Assembly: GCA_964016885.1 (NCBI GenBank)
Contig: OZ024740.1
Span: 167,648,001-167,712,000, forward strand
Direction of reading: 5' to 3'
DNA: 64,000 nucleotides
Source: Eledone cirrhosa
Lineage: Eukaryota
The notes beneath the pieces were generated by a model, which worked only from the letters and a program-made list of their open reading frames with translations, searched no databases and had not been told where the DNA came from. Position numbers and translations under genes: made by a program. This document shows, in pieces, positions 42,872-56,394 of this stretch (the stretch's first letter is position 1; each line of letters opens with the position of its first letter).

Positions 42872-44803
42872 CTACCTTTCCGCTTCCCGGGGTTCGGGTT
42901 GCACGACTTCCATGGGGTCGGGGGTGTTGGGTGAAGGGGTGTCTTGTGGTGGTGTGGGGTCGTCAGTGTGTGGTGGGGTTGGGGTGTTTGGAGTTGTGTT
43001 GGGGAGGGGAAGGGGAGGGGGAAAGCTTTATAGTAGGACGCGGTTTATGGGTTTGACAGAGGGTGGTCCTACGTCCTCCTTAAAATCCTTTTTTAGTTTT
43101 TGGTAGAGGTTCATTGGGATCTTTATTAATTTTAAATGTGGGTAGTTTTCTGAGGAAACAAAGTTTACACCTTCGGTTTGTACCGAAGGATTATTGTTTA
43201 TGAGTTCATTTAATTTATTATTGTTTCTGTTGATGTAAGTATAGTGTAATGTCTTTTTTTCGGATGGTGTGAGTGTTTCGAAGAGGGGAGGGGCAGGTTT
43301 GGTTTTGTTTGTTGCTGGAGGGGTGTTTTCTGTTTTGTTGGATTGTGTTGAGATTTGGGTGGGGGTTGTTTGGCCTTGTGTGTTTTGCACATGTTTTCTT
43401 TTTTTCCTTTTAATCTGTCTGAAGGACTCCGTTTCTTCCTCCGAATTCGTTGGGTTATCTTCAGTGTTGGAGAGAAGAGGCATGTTTGCTGGTAATGTTT
43501 CCGTGTTGGTTTTCTTTGTGGGGGAGATGGATGTCACTATGTTAGAATGTGTTGTGTGTTGTGTCTGCGGTGGTTGTGTTGTTTTATTGAGTGAGAGGTT
43601 GGGTGGGCCTGTATTTTGTTTTGGGGTAATGTGTTGTGACTGTTTGTGTTGTGGTGGTGGTGTGGTTTTACTGAGGGACGGGTTGGGTGGGACTGAGTTT
43701 TGTTGTTTGTTTATCTGTTGTGGTGGTGGTGGTGGAGCTGGTGTTGGTAGCAGGGTTTTCTTTTTGTTGAGTTGGGGACAAGCGGCCTTCAGGTGCCCTC
43801 TGCCTGCACAGATATGGCAGGACGGCCTTCTCCCCTCCACGCTAATGTTTATATACCCGTGGTCCTCTAATAGGATTCTGTCGTGTATTTGGGCGATGCG
43901 TTCAGGCTTCATTTGCACTTCCAGCTCTATACCTGTTCCACTGAACGCATTGCCTGTGGTTTTCCCAATGGAAATCACGTTGTCATTCACTGGATCGATG
44001 AAGCCAGCTATGAGTCAGCAGTAGTCCACATCTGGCATCATTGCATCCAGCCATATGCGTTGAGTTCTTTTACCCATATAAGATGGATAAAAGGTAAAAT
44101 TTTTCGAACGAATCGGTGACAAAGCACATTTTTTTGCCGTCAATTCGTTCTTCATGATAATTGCTAGGCTTCCATACAGTCTGTCTTTTCTTATGAAAGT
44201 GGTTTCATTAAGTACTTCTGTGAGTACTGTTTTGATATCTGCTTGAGAAGGCTGTTCAGGTTTTTTTGTACTGTTGTTGATGGTCCGAAACTTGACCGTT
44301 CGGCTTTCAATGTCTTTGGTGAATTCTTGAGGCATTTTTACCGATAAAATACCATTCTCTCCTTCACTTATGTATTGTTTGGCGTCTGTGATCCTTCGTG
44401 CCACATCTGAAATATTTTCCGGTATATAAGTCAAAGATTTCTTTGTTTTCTGTGCAAATGAAATCTTGTCGTCTGCTTTGCTTTCTGTTATGGTGTTATT
44501 TTCAAATGTTATTTTTGTGTTTGTTGTGTCTTTGTTTGTGTTATTAGTATTGTCATGCAATTTTTCAAATTTTTTTTTTTCGTTGTTGGAATCCATGTCA
44601 AGATTCGTGTTTTCGTCATTTTTTTTCTCCGCAGATTCGTCTGTTTTTATTTTAATTTTTCCTTCCTTCTCTATGACGTTAGTTGGGAAGGAAGGGGGGA
44701 CTAAAGCGTGCGAGCTTACAACTCTTACCGCTGTCCCCCCACCACTATTTTCGTTCGCTGCGTTTAACATTTCTGTTAGACGATTGAAATTTTTTTGCCA
44801 CAA
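42872..44803 (-). pseudogene. Tx1 ORF1 (zinc-knuckle nucleic-acid-binding protein) with premature stops
   Basis: 44015..44803 and 43028..43990 are in frame across a TGA where the sister copy has Trp. CHICAGRGHLKAACP is a CX2CX4HX4C knuckle. The frame continues past TAA 43030-43028 to EAER* (TAG 42874-42872). Confidence 0.82.
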
Positions 44804-45468
44804 AATTTTTTAAAACAGGTTTTTCACCTCTAGGAGGGGTAAAGATGAGCTGACCCACCGCCTGACAGTTCAGACGGGGGGTCAAGCTACACAATTGTAT
44901 CAAAATTAAATTTGAACTCACAAAATTTCTGCAATAAATTTGAACAAAACTTCTGCGCGAAGTGAATTACATCCACACTGTAGAACAGACGACAGCTAGA
45001 TAGATAGATAGATAGATAGATATAGCAAAGAAGAGATCGGGGAGATTAGGCAAAAAGAAAGACAACATATATATATAAAGGGTTATAGACAGATTGATAC
45101 AAATGCAGGCAAAGAAGGAAATAGAAATGGAATAATGGTTGAGAGTAAAGAAAAGTAACAGTAAAGAAATGATTGAGGAAACGAAGAGGAAATGCAGGAA
45201 AATGAAGATGAATATGAAGATGAAGATGGCGATGAAGGGGATAAAAAGAAAGGAGAAGAAACACAGAATAAAATTCGGAGGAAGAAAGAACAAGGGGGGG
45301 GGAGAGGAAGGGACAGCATAAGGATAACAATGGGAATATGTAGAATCAAGATTAATAGACTGAAATCTCAAAGGTACAACCATACACACGCACACACACT
45401 CACACACATGTATTTACATATATAATTATGTATTCAAACGTGCGCGCGCACGACCCACCCCCCACACC

Positions 45469-45536
<68 letters not shown>

Positions 45537-45826
45537 AAAGGTAAACAGAAATAATATTATATATATATATGTGTGTGTATGTGGCTGCGTGTGTGTTTGT
45601 GTAAAATATATGTATATATGTATGTATATATAATATTATAGGTTAACTTTGCCTTTCACCCTTACGGGGTCGATAAAATAAAGTACGAGTATTGCATTGG
45701 GTAATTGCTGGCCTTGTGCCTAACGTAGAAACAATTATTTATGTTTACCTTTTACATGCATACATATATAGATATACACACACACACATATATATACATA
45801 CACACGCACATACATACATACATACA

Positions 45827-45859
<33 letters not shown>

Positions 45860-46137
45860 GCATGCATACATACATGCATACATATACTTCTATATAGGCC
45901 TCAAAGGGAAGCAATAGTGAAAGATACAATAAACGCTTCCGACAGACATTCCTTTTTAGGAAGACTTATTACCAAAATAAATATTCCATTACTTTCAGTC
46001 GGCTATTAACCAATTTGCTACTTTCCGGAGAAGAATATATTTAGGTTTCTCAACCTTCCATATACGACAAATGTTCCTATATTGTGTGTGCAACATTGCA
46101 ATACTTTTCCCACTTCCGGGTATAGCATGTATGTATG

Positions 46138-46218
<81 letters not shown>

Positions 46219-46328
46219 TCATAGATGTTTGTATATATACATATACGTATGTGGGGTAATGTATATAAATATGTAAATATAGACTGTAAAATCTCTCATA
46301 TATCTACATTCATATATACATAAACATA

Positions 46329-46369
<41 letters not shown>

Positions 46370-46387
46370 CATGCATATATATATATG

Positions 46388-46423
<36 letters not shown>

Positions 46424-46435
46424 TTTATATATATA

Positions 46436-46497
<62 letters not shown>

Positions 46498-46655
46498 CAC
46501 AAATTTCGTATTTATTTGTGTTAAGACATTTTTTCTTTCCGATGTACCTTTTTTTTATATATTTCTTGCTTGAAATACATTTTCTACTTTTCTTTATCCT
46601 TCCGAGAAAGCTTGGAGCTAGAATTACGTGTGCGTATATTAGTATATATACTAAC

Positions 46656-46697
<42 letters not shown>

Positions 46698-46824
46698 TTG
46701 CGAGTAAGTTAGATCGCAGATATATATATATAAAAGACAGCGAGAAGCGAAAACCAACCAAACAGTGAGTGTGTTCTGTTATTAATTCTGGCAATATTAC
46801 GCAAATATGACCCTCCCCAAATAT

Positions 46825-46901
<77 letters not shown>

Positions 46902-47683
46902 AATGTTTAAGTGCGTGGTTGCTGGTTTATTTGTTTATGAATTTTATTTAATATATTTTAGCTTATTCGTTTTTATACTTGTATCTGAGTATCAGAGTTT
47001 TCTGTCTCTATCTTAATATATGTATTTATTTAATGTCTTTATAAACCTCTTCCCTAACCTCTGAGTCTACTTGATTAAAAACCGATACTCACTTTCTGCC
47101 AATCCTCCAATCTACATATGAAGAATGTCTTAAGATGCTTCAATGACATAAAATGATGATTTGTTTTCTTATGAATGATATGATTATGGTTTTCCCTCTT
47201 TATTTTTATTTGTTAAACTAATGTTTGTTCTTTCTGTCAGTTTATCAATTATACAAACACTTACTTCATGTTGGCTTTTAGACGACAAATGCGTATGTGT
47301 GTCTGTGTTGTCTTCTTTCACATTTCTCTCGAAGCAACCATGCTTTTATCTATTTTGATATACTACTACTACTGCTTCTGCTGCTGCTGCTGCTACTACC
47401 ACTGCTGTTGCTGCTGCTGGTCAGGATGATGTTCATCATTATCATACTACTATTACCACCACTATAATAATTGTTTCTACTTTTGGCACAAGACCAGTAA
47501 TTATCCCAGTGTATTTCTGGTACTCTATTTTATCGACCCCGTAAGGATGAAAGGCAAAGATAACGGCGGGATTTGAACTCAGATCATAAAAGGCAGTAAT
47601 TCTTTGCTGCAAAGCATGGCGTCAGATCCTCTAGCGATACTGCTAATCCACCACGATTACTATCACTATAAAAATGATACTTT

Positions 47684-48200
47684 CTTTATTGAAGGACAAT
47701 ACAAAAACAAGGTCAGTGGGGTTTTAAATTAAATCGGATAAAAAAGATAACAACAATATATATAACAATAAAACTCCCCAATATTGGGGAGTATCCAACA
47801 GGGTTACGTAGGAAACCCAACAATCCTAAACCACCCTATTCTCAACGAGCACTCTAGGAAGGGCCCCTCTCCTCTCCAAACTATCCAGCCTACAGATGCA
47901 TTACTGAGTAGGCTCAACCACTCTGACCATCCTCGCAATATTCACCCACCTTTTAACAAATGTACTGGTATACAGCACTTCCCTCTCCACCCTCAACTTC
48001 CTTTCTAAGTAAGTAGCACTTGAAAAAGTTGTCTTCAGTCCTTTCAGCTATGTCAACCATACAACCTCTTTCGCTACAGCCACCAGATAGAAGGAAACTT
48101 CCTCTACTTCCCGGCCAAAAGGAAGAATGGGGGCTATCTTTACGAACATACTGGTCAGTTCAATTTCGTCGACGGCCAGAGCCTCTCCTAGCCTAGAACG
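47684..48200 (-). mobile_element. Old 3' fragment of the Tx1-like family
   Basis: TTTCTTTATT terminus and CCTACAGATG...CCATCCTCGC...CACCCACC segment homologous to 39187-39620. Confidence 0.65.
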
Positions 48201-48479
48201 TCGACAAACTTGCCCACCATTAGTCAACCATTAGGAATATCTAAATATCTGAATAGGCCATAGCTTCTTCAGATAAGAATGGTCGAAGAATTTCATCTCA
48301 TAATATTGACCATCTCAAACTATTGCAGTGGTCTAACTTATTTACTTTTCAATTCACAAACTATTTTTATGGCAAGGGAATTTGTTTCAGTTACTTGATG
48401 TTTTCTGTATCTCTAGGGAACGATATTTTATCGACCCATCAGTGATAAGTATAATATATTCTATATATATATATATATA

Positions 48480-51406
48480 TATTAAAATAACAGATTAAAG
48501 GTTAAGCAAAGAATCAGTGCTTTCACCCTTCACGGGATCTTCTGAAACTATATATAGTAATAATAATAAATGTGAAGACTAAAATCCAAAGAAGGCTCGA
48601 TAAGGATGCATATATATATCAAATATATAAGAACCCTAACGCCAATATTTATTAAAATAACAGATTAAATTTTAAGCAAAGAATCGGTCCTTTCGCCATT
48701 AAAGGGATCCGCTTAAGGGTGAAAGCAACGATTCTTTACTTAAACGTCAATGTCTTATTTTAATAAATATATATTTTTATATTCCGTTTACCAATATATA
48801 TATATATATATTTATTTATTAAAATAATAGATTAAAGTTTAAGCAAAGAATCGCTGCTTTCACCCTAACGGGATCTTCTGAAACTAACAGAGTCAATCTG
48901 TGAACGCTGAAGTGAATATTTCAAAATACGTTGCAACCGGAGGAAGACAGGAAGACGATACTTTGGTTCATGGAAACGTTCCCTGGCAAAGAACGGGAAA
49001 AAAACGAATATAATACGTCATTATTTGGAGAGTGAAAAACAATTACACGCAAAGACAAAACCACGTTTATGGTATAAAAGAAGTCGTAGACTAATATTCT
49101 ATTAGGTGGTTCATAGAGACGTTCTCTGGCAATGAGAGGAAAAAACGAAGATAATACGTCAATATGTGGAGCGGGGAGAACAATTGCACGTAAAGACAAA
49201 ACCACGTAAATGGTATAACTGAAGACGTAGACACTATTCTAACTAGGAAACCGAATGATTCTCGGTTTAAGAGTTAAGAATAAAGTAAATAAAATACAGA
49301 GGTCATGGAAATTAAATAAATACATACACGCATCCATATACGTACATACACAAGCATACGCGAAAACACTCGCCATAGGTATACACATACACGCACGTAC
49401 ACAAAAAAAACCCCGCACACATTTACAGAACCCGCGCAACGCCTGTACCCGCACGCATACGAATGTATACACCAAATACACATAAAATTATATGAAAAGA
49501 AAAAAAAAAATATATATATATATATAGATATAAAACCCTACGAAGTCCGATTTAGGTAGACCTAGTAAAAGGATTCTTGATAGAATTATACATGAAATTA
49601 GAAGTTTGGCCCCTCTTGCACTGTGAAACAATTCTTTCGCGGTGATTGATTGGTTCAACGGCATATGCAACAAGGAACATTGCCGTTTTATGCAATTTGA
49701 CATCACTTTACCACTTCTCCTTAGAGCTATCAATTTCGCTAAAACACTCACAGTGATTAAGATTTTGAAGTTGATGTCATCCTCAATGCCTGTAAGTCGA
49801 CTTTATTTGGATTAAAAAATCATTCGACGTGAGTATGGGCGCCAGCGATTCTGCGGAGGTTACTGATCTTATCGGCCTTTTCCTTCTTTTCTCTATCAAG
49901 GAAGAATTCCCCAACGTGGGCGGTGGTTTGTACCGTGATGATGGTCTTTTGACTAGGACTAAGTGCGGCCCACGTGCTTCCGACGGGTTTAGAGAAGAAC
50001 TCACAGCCTTCTTTAAAGGCTTCAACCTCTCCATACAGGTTGAGGCCAACCTCTCGGTCGTTAATTACCTCGATGTTACCCTCAATTTATCAAATGGCTT
50101 GCATTACCCGTATAGAAAGCCGAATGATACGCTTAATTACATAAGTAAGCATTCTAACCATCCTGCCAGCATAACCAAGAACCTGGTAGGAAACGTCTCT
50201 TTGAGGCTTTCCCGTCTATCTACTAACGAGCATATTTTCAACAACCATTCCACATATTACAATGAAGCTCTTGCTCAGAGTGGATTTGTCGATAAGGTAG
50301 CATATACAGAGTACGAGAATAGACCTAGAAGAAATAGATCCCGACGCATTATATGCTATAACGCACCATATAATATGGAGGTCGCCACACCATTAGCTAA
50401 GATCTTTCTCGCCCTTATTATGAAGCATTTCCCCCTACACATAAATATAGTAACATTTTTAATAGAAATATAATTAAAACTTCTTACTCTACGACTCCTA
50501 ACCTTGCATATAACATCACAGCTTCAAATTTAGCTAAACTACCTAGCCGTAGGAACACGTGCAACCCTGTAGTTAGTACTAACTGTAATTGTAGGAATCG
50601 GGTTGACTGCCCCTATCCGGGAAATGACTTTCTAGTAACATTGTCTACAAATGTAAGGTTGAAACACACACTCCCGTAGGGCCTACATAGGGTTAACCGC
50701 CAATAGATTCAAGCAGCGTCTTTACATGCATACCCATTCTTTTCGTTACCCTCTAAGAAGGAATATGACGTCACTTTCAGCTTATATCTGGAGTCTAAAA
50801 GACAACCACACCCAATATAAGTTACACTGGGAGATCCTAGCTAGGGCTAGATCGTATAACGGAAATAAAAGACCATGTGACCTCTGCGCCGCTGAGGCCC
50901 TGGAAATACTCTACGCCAAAGACAACATCTTAAATAAAAAATCTGAGGTAATTTCGGCTTGTAAACATATATTGCACAAAAATTACAGCCCCACATTATA
51001 CCCTAAAGGATAGTACGATCTATACGCGGATATTTTACGTCTTGATGTGGTAGCTAAGTATATGTTATGTTTATACTATTACTTATTTGTATAGGTAAGT
51101 ATATATTACCTATATGTTTCGTGAAGGTACGTATACTTTCTCGTACGTATATTTGATTGTATATGTTATGCCGTATATATTATATATTCTGGTACATATG
51201 CTTTTGGTTATGTGTATACGTGAGTTTTGCGTCTGTGTGAGTATGCAGGTTCGTACGTATGTAGGGTGTGTGTATATGTGTACTTTGTGTTTTGGTTGAC
51301 GTTCGTCTCCGAACATATGTGAATTCACATGTAGGTATGTGTGTGCGCTTGTTATATACCTATTTATTTATTTATATACGTTTATTTAATTATATGTATA
51401 TACGTG

Positions 51407-51457
<51 letters not shown>

Positions 51458-52195
51458 TAATATATATATTTTTATGTGTATTTGGTGTATACATTCGTAT
51501 GCGTGCGGGTACAGGCGTTGTGTGGGTTCTGTATGCGCGTGCAGGGTTGTTTTTTTTTGTTTTTTGTGTACGTGCGTGTATTTATATACCTATGGCGATT
51601 GTTTTCGCGTATGCTTGTGTATGTACGTATATGGATGCGTGTATGTATTTATTTAATTTCAATAACCTCGGTATTTTATTTACTTTATTCTTAACTCTTA
51701 AGCCGAGAATCATTCGGTTTCCCAGTTAGAATGTTGTCTACGACTTCAGTCATACCATTTACGTGGTTTTGTCTTTGCGTGCAATTGTTCTGCCCGCTCC
51801 ACATATGACGTATTGTCTTCGTTTTTTTCCTTTCATTGCCAGAGAGCGTCTCTATGGTCCACCTAATAGAATATTAGTCTACGACTTCTTTTATTCCATG
51901 AACGTGTAATTGCTTTTCACTGCTCCAAATAATGACGTATTATGTTCGTTTTTTCCCGTTCTTTGCCAGGGAACGTTTCCACAAAACAAAGTATCGTCTT
52001 TCTGTCACAGATTGACTTTGTTAGTTTCAGAAGATCATGTTAAGGGTGAAAGCAGCGATTCTTTGCTTAAACTTTAATCTGTTATTTTAATAAATATTTG
52101 CTCTACGGTTCTTATATATTTGATATATATTTATCCTTATCGAGCCCTCTTTGGATTTTAGTCTTCAAATTTATTATTATTACTATATATATATA
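48480..52195 (+). mobile_element. Penelope-like element (Naiad-type motifs), 5'-truncated, with an inverted copy of its 3' terminal region upstream
   Basis: 48820-49497 is the reverse complement of 51465-52095. Extra terminal pieces occur at 48480-48770 in both orientations. Confidence 0.85.
49530..51013 (+). pseudogene. Penelope-like reverse transcriptase + GIY-YIG endonuclease, frameshifted
   Basis: NPTKSDLGR, VIDWF..FMQFDI, FDVSMGASDSAEV, GLYRDDGL, NYLDVTLNL, YRKPN..SNHP, CNCRNRVDCP..IVYKC..YIGLTANRFKQRLYMH, CDLC..E..LNKKSE..CKH. Confidence 0.9.
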
Positions 52196-52327
52196 GTTAG
52201 AGAAGCAACAAATTGCTTATTGTGATCCAGTTCTTGGTTAAAAAAGCCTGTTTCATGGATGGTTTCAACGTACGGTTAGGGGTAACTCCACAAGTTTGTA
52301 AGAATTCCGTTGAATCTTGGAGTATAA

Positions 52328-52752
<425 letters not shown>

Positions 52753-52770
52753 TTTACAAATATATATATA

Positions 52771-54066
52771 TAGGAACGAGTAGGACTCAAGCCGTTTCGA
52801 CGGGTAGTTCTGGACTAAATGAACATTTTTATTCTGGTACCTGAATAGCCGAGCTTCTCAGGGGGTAATTCCATATATGGTAAAAGTGATTGTCACAAGG
52901 ATTGGTCAAAAGTTTGTTGTTGAGACACATAATTCTATCATGGCATTTTGTGGAAGGAAGGGTTAGCTGAACTTGCCAGTAGAAAAAAGAGGGAGAGGGA
53001 GTGGATGAAACCCCGTCGTACGTTGATAGTGCCAACTACAGCAGAATCCTAAGGATAAGAGGTCAAGAGAAGTATACTAGGGAGGGGGAGGGGGAGGAAG
53101 TCGAAACAATAAGTGAATCAATATGGAGTAAATATATAGAAGAATAATAAGAATGTTACTATTCTCCTACCACAATCATCAAGTCTCTCACTGGTACTGC
53201 CAAACTATAGAAAAGTTTAATAGGTGGGACAGAATACTAAATACGAGGTTGTAGTGAAAGAATTTTATGAGTTAGTAGTAATCATCCAAATCTATCTTAC
53301 AGTGACAGGTCAACAAGTAGGGGCCAAAATACTAAAGAAACTAATATGAAATAATAATTCAGAATCCCGAAAATGAATACTAATACGATATATAAGAGTA
53401 CCGCTACGATACATAAATTCTAATACAAACTACATAAATGCTCGTACGATATATATGAAAAATTTAATACGAAAAATTAATTCAGAACCCCCCCCCCCCC
53501 CAAAAAAAAAAATAATACTGATATACGAGAAACTAAAGCAGAGATACCACTAAGAAATCTAGAAAACACGGAAAAGGGGCAGCCATCGGATAAGAAAGCA
53601 AGTATCTGGGGTCTATCACATCTGCTATAAAAAGCGGAGTCGGCCAATTCTATCATAGAATAGGGGATGGGGTGGGGGTACTGAGGCTACAAAGGACCGA
53701 AGGGCTGCCTAGGCGTGGGTGAGAAAGTATGTCTGTGTTGGTATATCCCTGTCTTAAAGTCACAAGCAGTCAATCCTATATATTTCCTTCTTCCCCCCAT
53801 CCCTTCATAGTCCTTCCACCCCAGTTCTCCTTCTTTGTCGTCGTCCTTTTCACTTTCTCGCCCACTCCGAGGCAGCCCTTCGCTCCTTTGTAGCCTCAGT
53901 ACCCCCACCCCATCCCCTATTCTATGATAGAATTGGCCGACTCCGCTTTTTATATCAGATGTGATAGACCCCAGATACTTGCTTTCTTATCCGATGGCTG
54001 CCCCTTTTCCGTGTTTTCTAGATTTCTTAGTGGTATCTCTGCTTTAGTTTCTCGTATATCAGTATT

Positions 54067-54097
<31 letters not shown>

Positions 54098-54858
54098 CGA
54101 TTCTCAATTAATTTTTCGTATTAAATTTTTCATATATATCGTACGAGCATTTATGTAGTTTGTATTAGAATTTATGTATCGTAGCGGCACCCTTATATAT
54201 CGTATTAGTATTCATTTTCGGGATTCTGAATTATTATTTCGTAGTAGTTTCTTTAGTATTTTGGCCCCTTACTTGTTGACCTGTCACTGTAACATAGATT
54301 TGGACGATTACTACTAACTCATAAAATTCTTTCACTACAACCTCGTATTTAGTATTCCGTCCCACCTATTAAACTTTTCTATAGTTTAGCAGTACCAATG
54401 AGAGACTTGATGATTGTGGTAGGGGAATAGTAACCAGAAATTGTTTTTTTTTATATTTTTAACATTCTTATTATTCTTCTATATATTTACTCCATATTGA
54501 TTTACTTATTGTTTCGACTTCCTCCCCCCCCCCCCCCCTCCCCAGTATACTTCTCTTGACCTCTTATCCTTATGATTCTGCTGTAGTTGGCACTATCAAC
54601 GCACGACTGGGTTTCCTCCACTCCTTCTTTCTTCTACTGGCAAGTTCAGCTACCCCTTCCTTCCACAAAATGCCATGATAGAATTGTGTCTCAACAACAA
54701 ACTTTTGACCAATCCTTGTGACAATCACTTTTTCCATATATGGAATTACCCCCTGCGAAGATCGGCTATTCATGTACCAGGATAAAAATGTTCATTTAGT
54801 CCAGAATTAGCCGCCGAAACGGCTTGAGCTCAGCCGTCGGGGTCCTACTCGTTCCTAT
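52771..54858. mobile_element. ~2.1-kb inverted repeat of Penelope origin (arms 52771-53728 and 53852-54858)
   Basis: Arms are colinear reverse complements with scattered differences. The spacer reads KYIGLTACDFKTGIYQHRHTF (GIY-YIG remnant) on the minus strand. Confidence 0.88.
54748..54843 (+). ncRNA. Type I hammerhead-like fold with long stem II; 1-nt deletion in the CUGANGA box
   Basis: ACCCC-CTGCGA-ag-aTCGGCTATT...AATTAGCCGcc-GAAAC-GGCT tgagctc AGCC-GTC-GGGGT: stems I and III pair fully. Confidence 0.55.
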
Positions 54859-54933
54859 TACCCACTCTACTACCCTAAGTATTGAGTACTTTGGTGTGTT
54901 ATGGTCCATCTGGTTCCTTACCACATTTCCTTC

Positions 54934-54961
<28 letters not shown>

Positions 54962-54968
<7 letters not shown>

Positions 54969-55505
54969 ATACTTGGGGAGGGTCATATTGTTGTAATAAT
55001 ATTGCCAGAAATAATAACAGAACACACTCACTGTTTGGTTGGTTTTCGGTTTTGTATCTTTTATGTCTTCACAGTTAATTCATTCGGTCCTCAATGTTAC
55101 TTTGACTGACCAACGGTCAAAAATATAGATATAATATAGATATAAACACATATATATAGTCTAACAAATTTCTTTCGTTGCACATCTGCAACATCGTCAG
55201 TGGTGCTAATATGTTCCTCCTGTTGTATTGTATGCCTACGCGATTTCTATTTTATCTGTTTATTTATTTATTTATTTTTGTCTTTTCTGCGCATGCGCTT
55301 GCGTGTGTGTATAGCGTTTGCTGTGTGTGTGTTCGCCTTTGGGTGACTGTGTTTTGCTTATTGTATTCTACCTTAGTTTACTAGTGTTTGTTTATTTGTG
55401 TTTGTTGTTATTGTGCTTGTGTATATATTTATTTATTTATTTATATTTCTCTTAAGTATAACAATATTTGTTTCGACAAACGATTTCATAACAAAAACCT
55501 CGCAA

Positions 55506-55510
<5 letters not shown>
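54962..55510 (+). mobile_element. Second copy of the unclassified (TA)n-embedded repeat
   Basis: Homologous to 15965-16320 with an internal ~200-bp insertion. Subterminal inverted copy AAGTATAACAATAT at ~55454-55467. Confidence 0.75.
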
Positions 55511-55572
<62 letters not shown>

Positions 55573-55665
55573 GTATTAGTGGGTACATTGAAGGATGTCC
55601 ATATATAATCAGAACCCCACACACTCAAGCATTTGCTGGCAATGCTATTCATATGTATGTATGTA

Positions 55666-55697
<32 letters not shown>

Positions 55698-55847
55698 CGT
55701 GTGTGTGTGTATTTATATATATATTTGTGTATGCGTGCGTCTTTGTGCCTGGGTATTTATATATGTATATACATTTATATATATACATATATAATGCATT
55801 TATGTGTATATATATATATATATATACAAACATACATACTTACATAC

Positions 55848-55930
55848 ATGACAATTTCTTTTCTTTTACAACCTTGCCACCAGGAAGGTGGCCGGTCAAA
55901 AAAATATACTCGAAATTAAGAGAAAGATAT
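55848..55930 (+). mobile_element. Isolated R4/Dong-like 3'UTR
   Basis: Near-identical to 56638-56720; inside (CATA)n. Confidence 0.8.
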
Positions 55931-56034
55931 AACATATATGCATACATACATACATGCATACACTCATACATACATACATACATACATACATACATACATA
56001 CATACATACATACATACATACATACATACATACA

Positions 56035-56290
56035 TGGTGGCTGCCAACTCGTTTTCGAGTACAGCCACTACTTTATATCCATGTAGGAGAACCCCTACCG
56101 ATGCGCTGAACAAGTGTGACTTTTTAGTCCAGCCAGCGACTTGAAAACTCTGGTACAAACACTACACTTGTGACAATTATTGACACATAGTGCTGGGCCC
56201 ATGGTACCATGTGATGACAAGTGCAGAGAGATCTCCAGATATAAAGCAATGCCTGTGCCGTGAAGCTTTTATAGTGATCAAAGGCACTAC
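56035..56290 (-). mobile_element. RTE derivative family B, second copy
   Basis: Highly similar to 27925-28180. Confidence 0.85.
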
Positions 56291-56394
56291 ATACATACAT
56301 ACATACATACATACATACATACATACATACATACATACATACATACATACATACATACATACATACATACATACATACATACATACATACATAC

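Larger units (their letters stand above)
39185..44995 (-). mobile_element. Near-full-length Tx1/L1-clade non-LTR retrotransposon flanked by (GATA)n
   Basis: ORF1 + ORF2, AATAAA near the 3' end (~39190), GATA repeats at 39156-39170 and 44997-45020. Confidence 0.92.

Noticed and set aside
44015-44017. In-frame TGA in Tx1 ORF1 as programmed recoding
   Set aside because: The sister copy has Trp at the aligned position (IWWILAGF versus YC*LIAGF), so an ordinary TGG>TGA mutation is simpler.
52020-52070. Hammerhead in the Penelope terminal region (CAGAAGA...GTGAAAG)
   Set aside because: Core deviates from CUGANGA and I could not form stems I and III; at best a decayed motif.
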